Source: Takakia lepidozioides (taxonomy: Eukaryota; Plantae; Bryophyta). Taken from it: a stretch of DNA of 64,000 nt. This document shows, piece by piece, positions 50,938 to 64,000 of this stretch. The notes below the pieces were generated by a model that did not search any database, was not told the origin of the DNA, and saw nothing but the letters and a program-made list of their open reading frames with translations. Position 1 is the first letter of the stretch. Every line of letters begins with the position of its first letter. The DNA lies in NCBI GenBank assembly GCA_030704615.1, contig CM060734.1:11284001-11348000 (forward strand), in the 5' to 3' direction. The position numbers were made by a program, and so were the translations under genes.

Positions 50938-51201
50938 AGCTTGGGCATGTACATGTTTCCTTTTACTCATAGTTGGATTTCCTTCACCTTAGGACTCTGA
51001 TATCGCTGACTCTGATATATTGATGTGGACAAACACTTTGTAGAAATGAGACCACAAATTGTGAACAGTGGGCCAATTACAGCATTTCTTGAATATAATG
51101 GAACTCAGCACACAGAAGTGAGGGACAATGGGTTGTTTTATTGATCGAACACAGTGTGTCACATTTAGCAAATCTAAGCCCTTCCACCTTCTACATGGGC
51201 G

Positions 51202-51780
51202 TCACCAAGTCGACGGAACTTCGATAGCCCTCAAAACAAGCTCATTACTGACGCGACACCTCCAGGTAAACTGCAATGCAATCGTTCTGGTGCCCTTGGT
51301 GGAGCTGACTACAATGTCATGCCCATCAATGATACCACCATCATACATTGGCAAGGTCACTGTGGGCCTCATGTGCCCGTGCGATCGTCTTCGCAACTCA
51401 GCCGAATGTCTCCATACACTGGAAGAGCGGAGTGAACTCCACGAATATAGTTTTCCCTGGTGCCGTCCTCCCTAGTCCACTGGCAGCAGTTCCAGCGCCA
51501 AAGCGAGGCCGTCTTGCTCTGTCCGACATCCCATTCCAGCTTGGTATATCGAGGTCAACAATTTTCAGGACCCACGGACCGCATTGACCCTCGCTCAAAG
51601 CGGTAATAGCCCTCCAAATACTCCATTGCGCGCAAAGACTCCCGCTTGATTCCAAAAGCGTCAGTGAAAACAGAGAGCCACACAATGATGTCTCCTGATT
51701 TTGGTTTGAACATCGCATAATCGTGGCCATGATAAGGGCAGTCAGCAAGATTGCGGCGGCACGACATCCTCGCAAAAGAT
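51202..51780 (-). pseudogene. Unknown ~200-aa protein, paralog A (frameshifted)
   Basis: RMSCRRNLADCPYHGHDYAMF..SGDIIVW..YRFERG..PWVLKIVD..MYDGGIIDGHDIVV..LQFTWR..RAIEV aligns by eye with 52310-52892. Confidence 0.7.
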
Positions 51781-52309
51781 TAGCGGAGTACTCTCAATGA
51801 CAGCAGCTCCCGGATGGAGGAGACAGCAGCGCGGTGGCTGGAAGTAGTTCACAATGTGTTTGCAAACGCTGCAATTCCTCACTAACACTCCAGGGCACAT
51901 TTAAATTCCCCCCCTACAGGAACCTGCATGGATGAAGATTGGCTGCTCCATGAATGTAGCCGTTTCAGTTTCCTTCCGTGCCATGCAAACTATGGGCCGT
52001 AAGTGCCAGGTGGGCCTATAGCCACTCGAGACGACGAAGTCCATCCCCCCTTCGATATAAATGTGGCACCGAATTTCCATCCGGGGGACGGACTTCGGTG
52101 GCAGATTACAAACTATTCCCCGTGGATGAGAAAGAGGTAGCGGTTCATCCACCGCTGGCGTGATGAACACGTTACACAATGATTCGTGTAGGTGGGACCC
52201 AGATGCTCCATTATTGGAGCCCGCACTGCTCTTCCGCTTCTCATCATTTCGAAAATCAAAGGCTTCGTTGTTGTCCGCAAGGTCATTGTCATCGGCATCA
52301 AAGACGTCC

Positions 52310-52892
52310 TCAGGACCTCCTTGCAAGGATATCGTGCTTCCGGAACTGGGACGACTGCCCTTATGGAGGCTTCGATTATGCAATGTATTCGGCCACATCG
52401 GGAGACATCGTTATCTGGCACACAGTTTACACAGAAGATAGTGGGGCGAATGTGGAAACATTGTCAGTTTTTGAGTATATCCCAGGCCACTACGCCTTCG
52501 AGCGGGGTGACGATCTTGGTCTGAGGAGTCCGTGGCTCCTGCGCATCCTTGATTCCGATTTTCCCAGCTACGACGGGCACCCATGCAGAAGAATGCGCAC
52601 TGCTATGCTGTTGCGGTGGAACTGCTGCCAGTGGACATGGGTGGACTCCATCGGAGAGACGTATACTCCTGAAGGAGTGCACTCCTCTTCTCCATTGTAT
52701 GGGGACATTCGCATTGGTGTGGACGACAAAAACGTGAAGCTTTCCATATTCGATGGTGGTATGATTGAAGGGCACGACATTGCAGTGAACATCAATAGGG
52801 GCGGTACAACGGCTGCAATCCAGTTTACCTGGAGGAGCCCGATGACTCATGAGATAGCTTTTAGAGCAGTCGAAGTCCTGTTGACAACGTGA
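52310..52892 (+). CDS. Unknown ~200-aa protein, paralog B (open frame; true start uncertain)
   Basis: Part of ORF 52179-52892: RISCFRNWDDCPYGGFDYAMY..SGDIVIW..YAFERG..PWLLRILD..IFDGGMIEGHDIAV..IQFTWR..RAVEV. Confidence 0.65.
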
Positions 52893-54249
52893 CTTGTATT
52901 CAGAAGGCACATTGCCATAGATTTGTTTGCACCATCAGCACAGTAGACGTGCTTCAAATGCAATTCATGTGGATCAATAAAAACCCCATTGTGCCCTCTT
53001 TTTTGTTCTATTCTGTATCCATCATTCCCAGAATGCATCATTCCTCATTTCGTTTGGGATTGGGAGTGGGGGTGGATTTTGCAAGTGGCTGGTAGGCTGA
53101 AATGGGCCCCATTGTACAGAGCAGTACCACCCTACCATTCGCGAAACATTGCCTTTCAATATGTAATTCTAAAAAACATTGCCAAACCTCCTTCATCGGG
53201 AGGTCCTTCTCCCCTTATGACCGTGATACCCTCAACCCTATTCCCGCGGACACTCATTTCCGGAAAATAGTCCTGCTCATGTTTTTCTCGACACTTACGA
53301 CTCTGCTCATGGCTCATGCTGCTCATGGCTCATGGCTCATGAAATAGCAGCCCCCAGGCTAGGTGTGTTTTTGTTAATGATGGGAAACCCCCCAGGGGCA
53401 GGTCTATCCTCTTTTGCATTTACCAAGACCTGCTTATTGAGGTGAGAAAAGCTTGGGGCACTTTGACTGCAGCTGTTTCCAGATCTTCCGAACAACGCGG
53501 GAGGAAGCTCCTCAATGATTTTCAACAATCCCGGGAAACAACTTTTTCTGCACTAGCCTTCCCAACATGCGGTTCACCTGGCAAGTCTCCACTCCCGATG
53601 ATTGGGATGTCTCCTGGTGAGGGAGAAGATGGAGACTTCAATTGGAGGCACAAGAAGGCTAGGGTTACTAAATTCAGAAACCAATTAAAATTTTAGATCA
53701 CATCTGTTGAATTAGGAAGTGCCCCTTTCTTCTCCACGTTGTGCAGTGAATTCTTGCACTGCCTTGCTGGCTCTCTAGCTCACTCTCATGTGTTTTCTCC
53801 GAAAGGTTTTTCTTGGCTTGCTATCAGCCATGTTCATCTCGAACAAGCTCTGTTTAGCTTGCAAACCAGTCACTTGGGCCTTACAGTAGGCCTACAGCTG
53901 TAGTTGCAGATGCAGTTCTATGTTTACTGGTAGAATTTTTAGGCATGTGGTTCCTCTTCTTTTCACTTAGTTCTCTCTGTTACATCACTGTCTGTTTCTC
54001 TCCATCTCAGTAAGCTAGTTTGCTTTGGTTTCGGGGAAGCTCCCCCTCGGTGAGCCTTTACAGCCTCCATGGTGGTTATTTTTTCCACCTCATGTGAACA
54101 TTTTTTTTATTTAATTTGATTAAAAAGGCCTCCGTCCCTTTTCTTTATTAAAGACTTCCCTTCTTTCAATCCCTGCTTTTACCCAAGGCTTACAGACAGC
54201 ACGGTCTCAAGCTGGCAATGGCTCCCAAAACCCTACAGAAAGGTTCCTC

Positions 54250-55860
54250 TCGAAACTAAAGGTTGTGGGGGTGGCGAGCCAGCTTTTAAGTAGAGATATA
54301 GCAGCCTCTAGGAAAAAGAAACTTAGACCCTTACCAAGTGCCTTTCAGTCTGTCAAAAGAAAATGGAGTCACCTCGGTGCGACGAAGAAACCTTCAGTAC
54401 CTACCTGGAAGCCAAGCATAATCTTCAAAACTTCCACAACCTGCAAGAGCAAAAACTCAATCTTTCAGCAGGGATCAACTGGTCTTCCAAGGGAGAAAAA
54501 ATGACCAGGTATTTCTTCGCTAAAACCAAACTCAGAAAAGCATCCCAATCCATATCTATGGCCCCACATCTCGGAGGACTTTCTAGCAATGTCCAACCAC
54601 ATCTTCCTCTCAAACCACATGCATGCTGCAATGTCACATGGAATCATTACTCTTCTTTAAAAAAAAAAAGATAGAACTAGCCTGACCAACTACAGACCTA
54701 TTACCCTTCTGAATGTAGCATACAAAATCATAGCAAAGGGGCTCGCACTCCGTCTTCAACCTCTTTTGCTTTCCATCATCAGACCAAGCCAGTCAGGCTT
54801 CATTAAAGGAAGGTACATTATGGATAACCTGCTGCTAGCCCAAGAGTTACCCCACTACGCTCTCAAAACCCAACAGGCTATAGCCCTCCTTCTCCTCGAC
54901 TTCGAAAAGGCCTTCGATAGGGTGGAGTGGCCCTTTCTCTTAGATACCCTTGCCAAGATTGGTCTACCCCCCAGCTTCTGCCAATGGGTACGCATTCTCC
55001 TATCATGATCAACTAGTAGAGTTATTGTTAATGGTTCGGTCTCCAAGCCTTTCTCGCTTCAGCGTTCTGTGAGACAAGGCTGCCCTCTGGCTCCCTTTCT
55101 CTTTATCATTGCAACGGACACCTTGGGTTACATGCTGCAAGCAAATCAGCGAATCACAGGACTCAAACTCACTAGCTACATCACTAATCAGCCTATACAG
55201 ATCAGGGAGTCTATGTATGTAGATGACACTTTCCTTATGCTTCAAGCAAACCCAATCAATCTAGACAATGCCTCTGCCACTTATCTTCCTTCTGTGCGGC
55301 CTCGGGCTTCAAAGTTAATTGGAACAAAACCTGCACCCTTCTGGTGGGTGATACTTCCTAATCCCGCCTAGGGCCTTCACCCTCCTGGGGAACTAATATA
55401 GGTCTTTCTTGGCTGCAACCGGGTCAGACGACCACTCTGCTAGGCTATATGCGACGAGCAATGTCTTTGTGTTTGGAACACTCTCCCTCACCGTTGGAGA
55501 AACCTCCGACCTCCACTCCACGGCCTCGCCAAAATTTGAGAGAGACGTCAACTGGAAGCGCGTCACGACCTCCAGGCTTAACTTTCGCTAGTATGATTTC
55601 TCGTAGATTAGCCCCTCGATAATCTCGGCTTCATACGCTGCTTTTTGGAGGACTCTCATTATTAAGGCTTGGCTTCCTTAGGTTTACCAGTTCAATACTG
55701 TGTTTTATGCAAGGTTTTTGGTTCCCCCCCCCTACGGTGTGTAACCCTTATGGTGTCGCTTGGGGTTTTATTTTTTTCCCCGAATTGGTTATAAAATGAG
55801 AAATCCTTTAAAAGAAAAATAAAAAATAAAAAATTAAAAAAATATACTTTTAAAAATAAT
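54250..55860 (+). mobile_element. Decayed L1-clade LINE ORF2 fragment with internal deletions and A-rich tail
   Basis: WSSKGEKMTRYFF, NYRPITLLNVAYKIIAK, QSGFIKGRYIMDN, LLDFEKAFDRVEW, VRQGCPLAPFLF, MYVDDT. A-rich tract at ~55810-55845. Confidence 0.85.
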
Positions 55861-56559
55861 TAAAAGCGGGGATGGAGCAATCGCGTCTCCCTCTCAGATA
55901 TACCCTGCTGCAGAGCGAGGCGTGGCAGGGCCGAACACCACCATTGTTGTCGTTTTCTGCTGCACTCGCAGCGGCCTGTGACAGTCATCATGCTCGGCCT
56001 GTGACAGGCTTCCCCGAAGCTTACACTCTCTTTCTTTTCGCAGGTGTGTCGAGAGCAGTCAGAATTGCCTGTTTCTGGATAGCTGGCCTCATCCGTCTTC
56101 CTTGCCAGTGCCTCTTTAGTCTGTGATTCCCACTCCTCGTCCTATCAGTTCCACCCACCTTGGCTCCCGTCAGCGCTGGAGCTGTTCTTTTATGGCTTCT
56201 GCTGACCTAAGCTCTCGCAATCCCCGCCTCGTCACGCCGCGATCTCTATCTGCCTCCCGCTTTCCAGCCGTTTTGGAAATCTCTGTGCTAATTGGCTTAA
56301 CTTCACTTGAGTAGAGGGTTCAGAGAAGGAGTAGACTCGGGACGCGTTTACGTACTCTGGAGCAAATTTGAGAGTGCGTGATCTCCAATCAGGAGGCATT
56401 TCTTGGAGGAGGGCGGTCCGTTTGACGTCAGAGCCTGTACTCGATGAAAGATTCCCCTTAACGGCTAATTTGACAGTCGGAATCGGAAAAACTGACTTGG
56501 CCTTCAAGTTTGGAAGTAACCTGTAAGAGATTGCCTTATTTCGGTGTACTAGCAACGAG

Positions 56560-59500
56560 ATGGCAGCAGCGGGCCTCGTTGACAAGGCCACGAGCGATTT
56601 GTTGATAGGCCCTGATTGGGCTATGAACCTCGACCTCTGCGATGTCATCAACAATGATCCGGGGTACGTCTTCTTCTTTTCTCTGGTCTCTTACATTTCG
56701 GCCCTTTCATCCCTCTTCTGGTTTCTTTCATCTTTTAAAGACTGCCCCTCTGGAATTAATTTTGAACTTGCGGGCTGGTCGATCCCTCAGTCGTCTGTCT
56801 GCCTCAATTCAGTGACAATGGGGGGGGGGAGGAGATATGTCCTATTTCTTCCCTCGCTCTACATGTTATTGGTCTCTGGATCGGGGCTATGCTGACTTGA
56901 ATCTTCCGTATGGTGCTCCTGTCTCCTCTATGTCTTTCTCTCTTTGCATTTGGTCTCAAGGGTCTACCCACTCTCGGCACTAGACTGAAATTTAAACTCA
57001 GGGCAGGAAGCCTACCTTTGAACAGCAAACAGAAGCAGAGAGGAAAGGGAGAGTGCAATTGCCCGTTGTGTGGGCAATCTGAAGACAGTATTCATTTTCT
57101 GATACACTGTCCGGGGTTCTCTCACCAAAGAGACGCTCTCTTCAAATCTATTAAGGGAATTGTGCCTGTACCCCTGTTTACCAACTTTGAAAGTCTCGAG
57201 GCTGAGCCAAAAGCCCAGGCCCTCCTGAGGCCTAGTTTTTGGGCAAATCACACACAGCAGATTGATGCTTGTGTGAAGGGATTTCTAGAGGATATCTGGA
57301 AAACCCGGATTAATTCTTTATATGGAGGTAAGTCTTACTACCAACGTCAGCCCCTGACAGAGGTAGGTTCTGTCCCTTTTGTTCCCGCTCAAACTGGGCG
57401 CGGGGTCAATGGCCACAAGGCTACGGCAAACAACGTCTTATGAGTACAATCTTTGCATTTGGTCTGATTGTGTCTAGTTTAGTGCATGCTACAATCTACA
57501 TTCCTCTCCTCTATATTCGTCCCTCTCTTCATCATTTGTATTTTTCTCTGTTCCCGGCCTAAATTCTCCAGACACTATGAATTCAAGGGAATTGCTTGTT
57601 ACAGAGCTTTCTTGGCTCTCACCTGTGTTTTCTGTGTCAAGTTTGCTGTCTGTATCAGCAAGAAATTTGTGCGCACTGCTCTTTTCACCTGATAGCTTGT
57701 ATTTAGAAGCAGGTCAGTACCTTCACATGGGGGCCTGCCTGGGCTTTCAAGTTAGGCCATCCATTTTGGGGTTGGCCAAGGATTACCAGCATGAGCTGCC
57801 GAGCGTATGCCCTTTGATTAGGTTAAGAAATTGTGCTGCTTTGTAATTGCTAACTACAATGATTGTGTGGTATTGTAGACAGAATGTCTATCGCATAAGC
57901 TCTCTGTTCTTGCATGGGTCTTGCCGGTGTCTTTGTTTTTCCCTTCAATTGCTCCCCTACTCCTCCTCCCCTCCCCATCGCATTTGGACTATTATATTAT
58001 TCTTCATATGTATTTGGTATTTCCCAAATCTTCTCCATTATCCTGCAGAAAATAAGACGTTTACAACTTTGTCTGTTCACTGGTCTGTGGGTCCATTTTG
58101 ACAGGTGGCATCTTTGTTTTTGACTGTGAACTCTTCCTCTTGGAAACATGTACCTATCTGTGAAACTTGATTATTGTAGGGTGCCTATATTTTTGGTGTT
58201 AGATAGAAAACTAGAGAATAAAGGGATCTAGACTTGTGGTCATGAATGAAAGTGAGGACTTCCAGGTGGCAGGAGTTTGAGAAGAGCTGGAAATTATTCC
58301 ATTCTTTCTGTCTTCTGGATTTTTCACTTTTGTTTATTGGCAGAACTCTTGGTCCGCCTTCAATTGTTTTTTAGGTTTTTGTATGTTGCCATCTCCTGTT
58401 CTTTGATATGATATGGTTGTGACGGGAATGAACCGCAGGCAAGCAAGGGATGTTGTCAAAGCAGTCAAGAAACGCATTGGAAACAGGAATCCTGTGGTTC
58501 AGATTCTTTCTCTTACGGTGTGTATCGTTGTTCAGGATGACACAATCCAGATTTGACATAGTGATTTGCGGCAAATAGACATTTGGCCTATTGCTTGGTC
58601 AAAAAATTTCAGATACTATTACTGTTGGTTTGTTGAAGTTTAACTGATTATCTGGCCACTACTGTTGTTGGGAAATATCTGGCCAGCTTTGGTTGCAATG
58701 AAAAGTTTTGTATTTATGCCTCAACATATTACCCTTCTTATGATTCGACTAGCCATTTCTTATCTTGCAACTCTCGTGTTCTTAATGTCCTAAAGCCTTT
58801 TATACTTTAAGTTTATGCTCAAGTTCCGATTTTTCTGTTCTCACAACGTAACTCTGGTGTTGCTCTTCAGGTTTTAGAAACCTTGATCAAGAACTGTGGG
58901 GATATTGTTCATCAACATGTTGCGGAAAAAGATGTGCTACATGAAATGGTGAAGATTGTGAAAAGAAAAGTGAGTGCTTTCAATTGTTGTCTCAATATTT
59001 GCTCCGGCAAATACTTTGTTCTTATCGTCCTTTTTCTTCTCCACTTGCACATGTGGCTATGGAATTAAATCTGAATGAATTCTCACTCTTTGGTTTCAGG
59101 TAGTGCACTTCAGACTGACATGCTGTTGTGAGGCTGTTTGTCTGTGCTACCAATAGCAGTTTTTGTCCTTGTGTTATTTGCACGCAGGTGTAACCCTTAG
59201 AGTTAAGGCATTGGTATAGCACCGGGTTATTTCTGCTGTATTTCTGATGTCGTAAATGGCGTGACTGTGTTTTTGACTCCTTCCAAACCTTATGTCTGAA
59301 GCTTTTGTACTTTATCATCATATGGAATGACTAAACTCCTTGGAGAAGGGCCTTTCGAGTCAAGTATTACTTCTCTGTCTTCCTGTTGCTAGGAACTGAT
59401 GTCTGTCCTATGAATGGTATGGTTTGCAGACAGATATGCGAGTAAGGGACAAGGTATTGGTGTTGCTGGACTCATGGCAAGACGCTTTTGGGGGTTCAAG

Positions 59501-62500
59501 GGGGCGATATCCCCAGTACTATTTGGCCTATGACGAGTTGCGGGTATCATGCTTGACATCTTGACTGTTTGCGTTTGAGCTTTTGACTTCCGTTTTGTTT
59601 AGTCTGTGTTTTTTTCGCTCCATCCCCTTTCATCCTCATTGACAGTCCTTTTTGTTCTTTTAACTTTGGCATGGTGTCATCAGTCTCTTTTGGGAACCTT
59701 GTCTTGGAATGAGTGTAATTTGTCTAATGCAGTCTTGATACAAGCAACCTGTTTCTGACGTAGAGGATATTGCATGACTGACTTTACTTTTTTTCTTAGT
59801 TTTCCTATTCTGTTCCACCTTGGCACTGGTGCTGAAACCAATGCTCTCCACATGTGGGCAGCGTGCAGGCGTTGAGTTTCCCCAGCGCTCTGGCGGGCAA
59901 GCAGTGCCAATCTTTACCCCACCCCAATCACAGCCTATAGCGTCCTCATGCCCAACCTTGCAAGGATCCCCAGGATTCATCTCACCAAGTGGGGAGAGAG
60001 ACACAGCACACGCAAGTCTTCCAGGCATGAGGTAAGGAGTCAAGGCTACATCAAGGTATATGAGTTTTTAATAGGAACTTTGACTGTCCCAGTTCCATGT
60101 TGACCTAACTCCGATGCATGGTGCAATTTGCTGATGAGTTCTCTATGGCTTAGAACCCCTCTTTGCAACTTTGGTTGTGATAATTGGGGGCTTTGCAGCT
60201 TGACAGATATTGAGGCATCGCGCAGTATGGTCGAGGTTCTTTCGGAGATGCTGAATGCCATAGACCCACGTGATAGAGCGGTGTGATTTCTGGACCTTTT
60301 AGATCTCCCGGTCCTGCTATGGGCTGTTTCTTGAAACCAACAGTGACCCAGGAATGGTTGCTCACTGTATGTTCAAATATTTTGATGTGAAGTTGTCCTT
60401 ACCTGCTCAAGAAGATGATCTCACTGTTAAAGGTCATAGAGTGGCATGGGGGGTACAGGTTTGCCAAGGGGCAATCTGATTTTTTAGTCTGATGGGTTTT
60501 GGTTTGTTATAACACGTAGCTGACAAGGGATGTCTCATCAAGCAGGCTGTTGTGGAGGAAGTGATAGTGGATCTGGTGGAGCAATGTCGCACAAGCCAAC
60601 GGCGTGTCATGCAGCTTGTTAACACCACCTCGTAGGGCATCTCTAACTTTCAAGTTATACATGTTCTTTTCTTTTTCTTTTTCTTCTATTATCATGCTCT
60701 CTTCTCGACTCCCGCCATCCCTCTTTCTCTTCTCCCAATGTAAAGGGGCAAGGAGCATTCCATTACATGAAAGCACTGTAAGATAAGAGATTGCGTGCCC
60801 TATTTCGCAAATCCCATCCATTCTAGACAGTGCCACTGACGCTGGGAACATTTGTGGTCAGACTAGTACCATTTAGCAATCAATACTGCCACTGTAGTGG
60901 AATCGATCCAGTGTTTGCCAAGTGAAAGAGCTGTGTTGGCTCCATGTAAGCCTTGTTACGAAGACATTAGGGCTTGTTTCCCATGGGGTTTATCTCCTCT
61001 AGGGCAAGACATCTGGTGACATAGCTAAGCACTAAAGATTCCTTTCTTGCCATTGAGAATGTACTCATAAGACGTTGTTTGCCGTAGCCTTGTGACCATT
61101 GACCCCGCGCTCAGTTTGAGCGGAACACAAAGGAACACACAGGTATTGGGAAAAGAGAGATCATACAAATGCAAATATGCTCTGGTAGCGACTTGCAGTT
61201 ATTGGCTGCTAACATCTGGACTTGGCTTACAGGGACGAGGAATTGCTCCGTCAGGGTCTAGCATTGAACGATGACTTGCAACGGGTACTTGCCAAGCATG
61301 ATGCAATTGCTTCAGGTTCTCCTTTGCCTACTGAACCTGCAGGGCGTCCATCTTATGGTGAGCACAAGGAAGAGGAGCGAGATGATGATTTTGCTCAACT
61401 GGCACACAGGTACAATCAGGATTATGCTGTGCACATAATTGCTTGAACAGTGACTGGTTAAGCAGTATCTATAGGTATTAGCATTTGCAGAACTCAGCTT
61501 TGTTCTTATCTCTCCCTCGCATGTCATTGCTGATTTGTTTGCAGGTCCTCGTCACAATCTCGATTGCCAGACAATAGGCCAAGTGCTCCAGTACAGCTTG
61601 CACTGGCCCCACCACCACAACTCAACAAAAAAATTGGTTCAGTGAGTGGTCCTGCTGAGAAGCGGGAGAACTCGGTCGACCTCCTCAGCGGGGATTCATT
61701 TGGCAACAGGTCAGCAGAAAACACTGCAACAACAGCACCACCATTGATTACCTCTCCCAGCAGTAAATATGAAGATCTACAGCTGGCCCTCCTGGACCCA
61801 CCTCCTCCACAAGGGGATCCAAATCCCTTTGGATCAAGCCCAGTCTTCCATGCTACCCCAAGCAATCAGCCTGTGTATGAGTCCTCATCTCAGCATCAGC
61901 AGTTTGGCTATACCTACGGGAATATGACGAGCCCTCCCTCCCAGGGCTACCAACTGCAACATTATATGCAGGGCCACCCTCCAGGACAGCAGCAAATGCC
62001 CCAAAATAGCTACGCAGCCCCTTGGTCAACAGCGGCTCTGGCTGCTGGCCACACCCTTAGTGCACAGCAGCGTGCCATGATCTATGGAGAGCCACAGCCC
62101 CAGTCACCACAGTCACCCTCTGGGCAGCAGACGCCAGTACAGCAATATCAAGGGCAACAGCAGCTGCAAGGGCAACAGTTGCAAGCACAGAAGCAAAGGC
62201 AGCCGCAAATTCAAGAGCCACCACCATGGCAAGAACAGCCACCACAAGGGCAGCTGTGGCAAGGGGGCTACCAGGCTCCCTCTCCGCGGGGGGGTGTCAA
62301 TGGTTCACCTGCAATGAGTGCACAACAGCGGGCTTTGCTGTTTGGATCACAAACAAGCACTCCACTGATCCCACCACCCTCAGGCCAACTGAACCAAAGG
62401 CAGCAATTTTTTCAGCAGCAACAAGTACCTCAAGGTAGTGAACCTTACAGGATGAGCTATGGTGGGGTCACGCAAAGCGACATCTTAGGGCAGACCCACA

Positions 62501-62718
62501 ACCTCTCCCTCCAGGACACCAGTCAGTACACGCAAAATCAGCCAATAGGAGGGTATTATGGGCAACGTGTAGTTATGATGCCCAGTTCACAGCAGCAGGT
62601 GTCACCTTCGGCTAAGATATTCAACCCAGCTGACAAACTGTTTGAGGATTTGGTGGATTTGCGCAGCTTTAAATCAGCAGGAATTCCGGGTAACCTTTCC
62701 AGGCCGAGTACTAGTTAG
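56560..62718 (+). CDS. TOL: TOM1-like (TOL) VHS-GAT domain endosomal sorting protein, 9 coding exons
   Basis: Exons 56560-56663, 58439-58517, 58871-58969, 59430-59543, 59862-60031, 60198-60280, 60546-60632, 61232-61409 and 61545-62718, all GT-AG and phase-compatible. VHS motif [25 protein letters not shown] motif [25 protein letters not shown]-rich tail ending [10 protein letters not shown]. Confidence 0.95.
56957..57449 (+). mobile_element. 5'-truncated LINE insertion in TOL intron 1 with 16-bp TSD
   Basis: TSD tctttgcatttggtct at 56941-56956 and 57450-57465. The insert encodes a LINE C-terminal zinc knuckle [17 protein letters not shown], open to the stop at 57443. Confidence 0.88.
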
Positions 62719-63561
62719 GCTGGACGCCATTGATGTTATCATTATTGTGGCGAGTAATGTAAGTGGGTTGAGGTTGTTTTATGGCTACCTTTCAAGCATT
62801 GCATAATGATAAGTTCTCTCCCTCATCCCTCTCACCCCCACTCTCTTTTGAATCTTCAACTGTGGTGGTTATCATGCATGCTGTTTGGAAAGCTGTCGCG
62901 TAAACATCTTCATGAGGGAAGATTTTTTTGATCTCGTCTCTGATGAGGTCGGCTTGAGTGTCAAATATAATAAGCTGCATGAAAAAAGATATTTGAGCTT
63001 GAGAACGCGTGGCTCTTTCATCATGACATGTTGTGCACACAATCTCTCATTAATAATTTCGCGGTTGTGCTTGACCCGAGTGTTTGTTGGGAAAGAGGAA
63101 GCTCGGGTTGGGAGGGTAATAACGTTCACTGGGCTTTTTCTTGGGGAAGGTGCAGACAGGGGACAAAGATTTGAAGTCTCCCGTGCTTGAGGGCACTCGA
63201 GTTGTTTGATATTGAATATTCGTGTTGGTATTCAAGGTCGAGGTTGCAGTCAGTATTGCGTATGAAATATGCAGTCATCTACCGGGCCGCTTTAGCACAG
63301 TTGAATCTTCTCTCAAGTAGTCAAGCATTGTTTGACACTCGCTTACTGATTCAATGCCTGGGATGCATACGGTTTGCAAGTGACACTCGTGTGACCATAT
63401 CCCTGTGACCATCCTCTCTACTTTTGAAGGCTTGAGTCTTGGTGAGGGCAACTTCTAGAATTGTACAACCTGCAATGAAACTGGTATGGCATTCCAAAGC
63501 ATTCAACGTCATGTTAGCAATCCTGGCACTAATGGGGGTGCTCTGCTAAGTATTAGGTAGC

Positions 63562-63671
63562 CGGTGCGAGGAGCCTGGTTACCTGTTGTAATTTGGGGCC
63601 CTGAATAGTCGAGCTGTGGGAGCGGCGAGAGTATTTAGGGCCAAATTACAACCGGTAACCTGGCGACACCG
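63562..63671. other. Imperfect ~110-nt fold-back hairpin (candidate MIRNA precursor or very small MITE)
   Basis: ggttacctgttgtaatttggggccctgaata pairs with tatttagggccaaattacaaccggtaacc, and the outer cggtg/caccg arms also pair. Confidence 0.45.
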
Positions 63672-64000
63672 AGAAGCTCCTGCAGCTAGAGTATCTGTCT
63701 CTCTCCTGAAGATCTGCAACTCCTACTTCCTGCATACACTAAGAACTAGATGTCCAAGAAGTGTGGAAGACGAAACGTTTTCAAGAACCAAACGTCTTCT
63801 AGAAGCATCGGGATGAACGTCACTAGTTAGATCAAACTGTGGTCAGAAGAACCCTAAGATATTGAGTTGATCCTACCCCATGTAGAAGTGTTTTGTATTC
63901 ATGTAATTCATTCAACATAGTCGATAGTTGTTTTGATCACATATGCAGATATAGATCAAGTATACATTCGATATAGATTGAGGATAGTTTACTGATGTAC

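Noticed and set aside
49888-51000. Many overlapping ORFs with repeated KCGTAF/MRHRIS/GNAAPHF peptides
   Set aside because: These are translation artefacts of the palindromic array and appear in all frames on both strands.
53337-53700. Possible host exon fragment on the minus strand
   Set aside because: No recognisable motif or consistent exon structure.

Overview
Eukaryotic, transposon-dense genomic DNA, most likely from a non-seed land plant (inferred from plant-type spliced genes and the TE spectrum). One intact host gene is present: a 9-exon TOM1-like VHS-GAT gene at 56560-62718 (+). The rest is mostly nested, decayed mobile DNA: Ty3/gypsy fragments, several LINE fragments, an endonuclease-encoding Helitron (Helentron type), a mosaic of captured host-gene exons (MAK-like kinase, eIF3d, amidase) rearranged by inversions, a CACTA right end and several tandem arrays. 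The most notable signal is two highly diverged, intron-containing genes (34395-37892 and 47750-49863) with the motif order of beta-class N4-cytosine/N6-adenine DNA methyltransferases and an atypical DIPD catalytic-position motif. Each is tied to its own array of short palindromes, and both arrays share the geometry TGCG-N4-CGCA. This may be an undescribed transposon-borne methyltransferase-like protein plus cognate-site system. All calls were made by eye without database searches, and TE boundaries are approximate.
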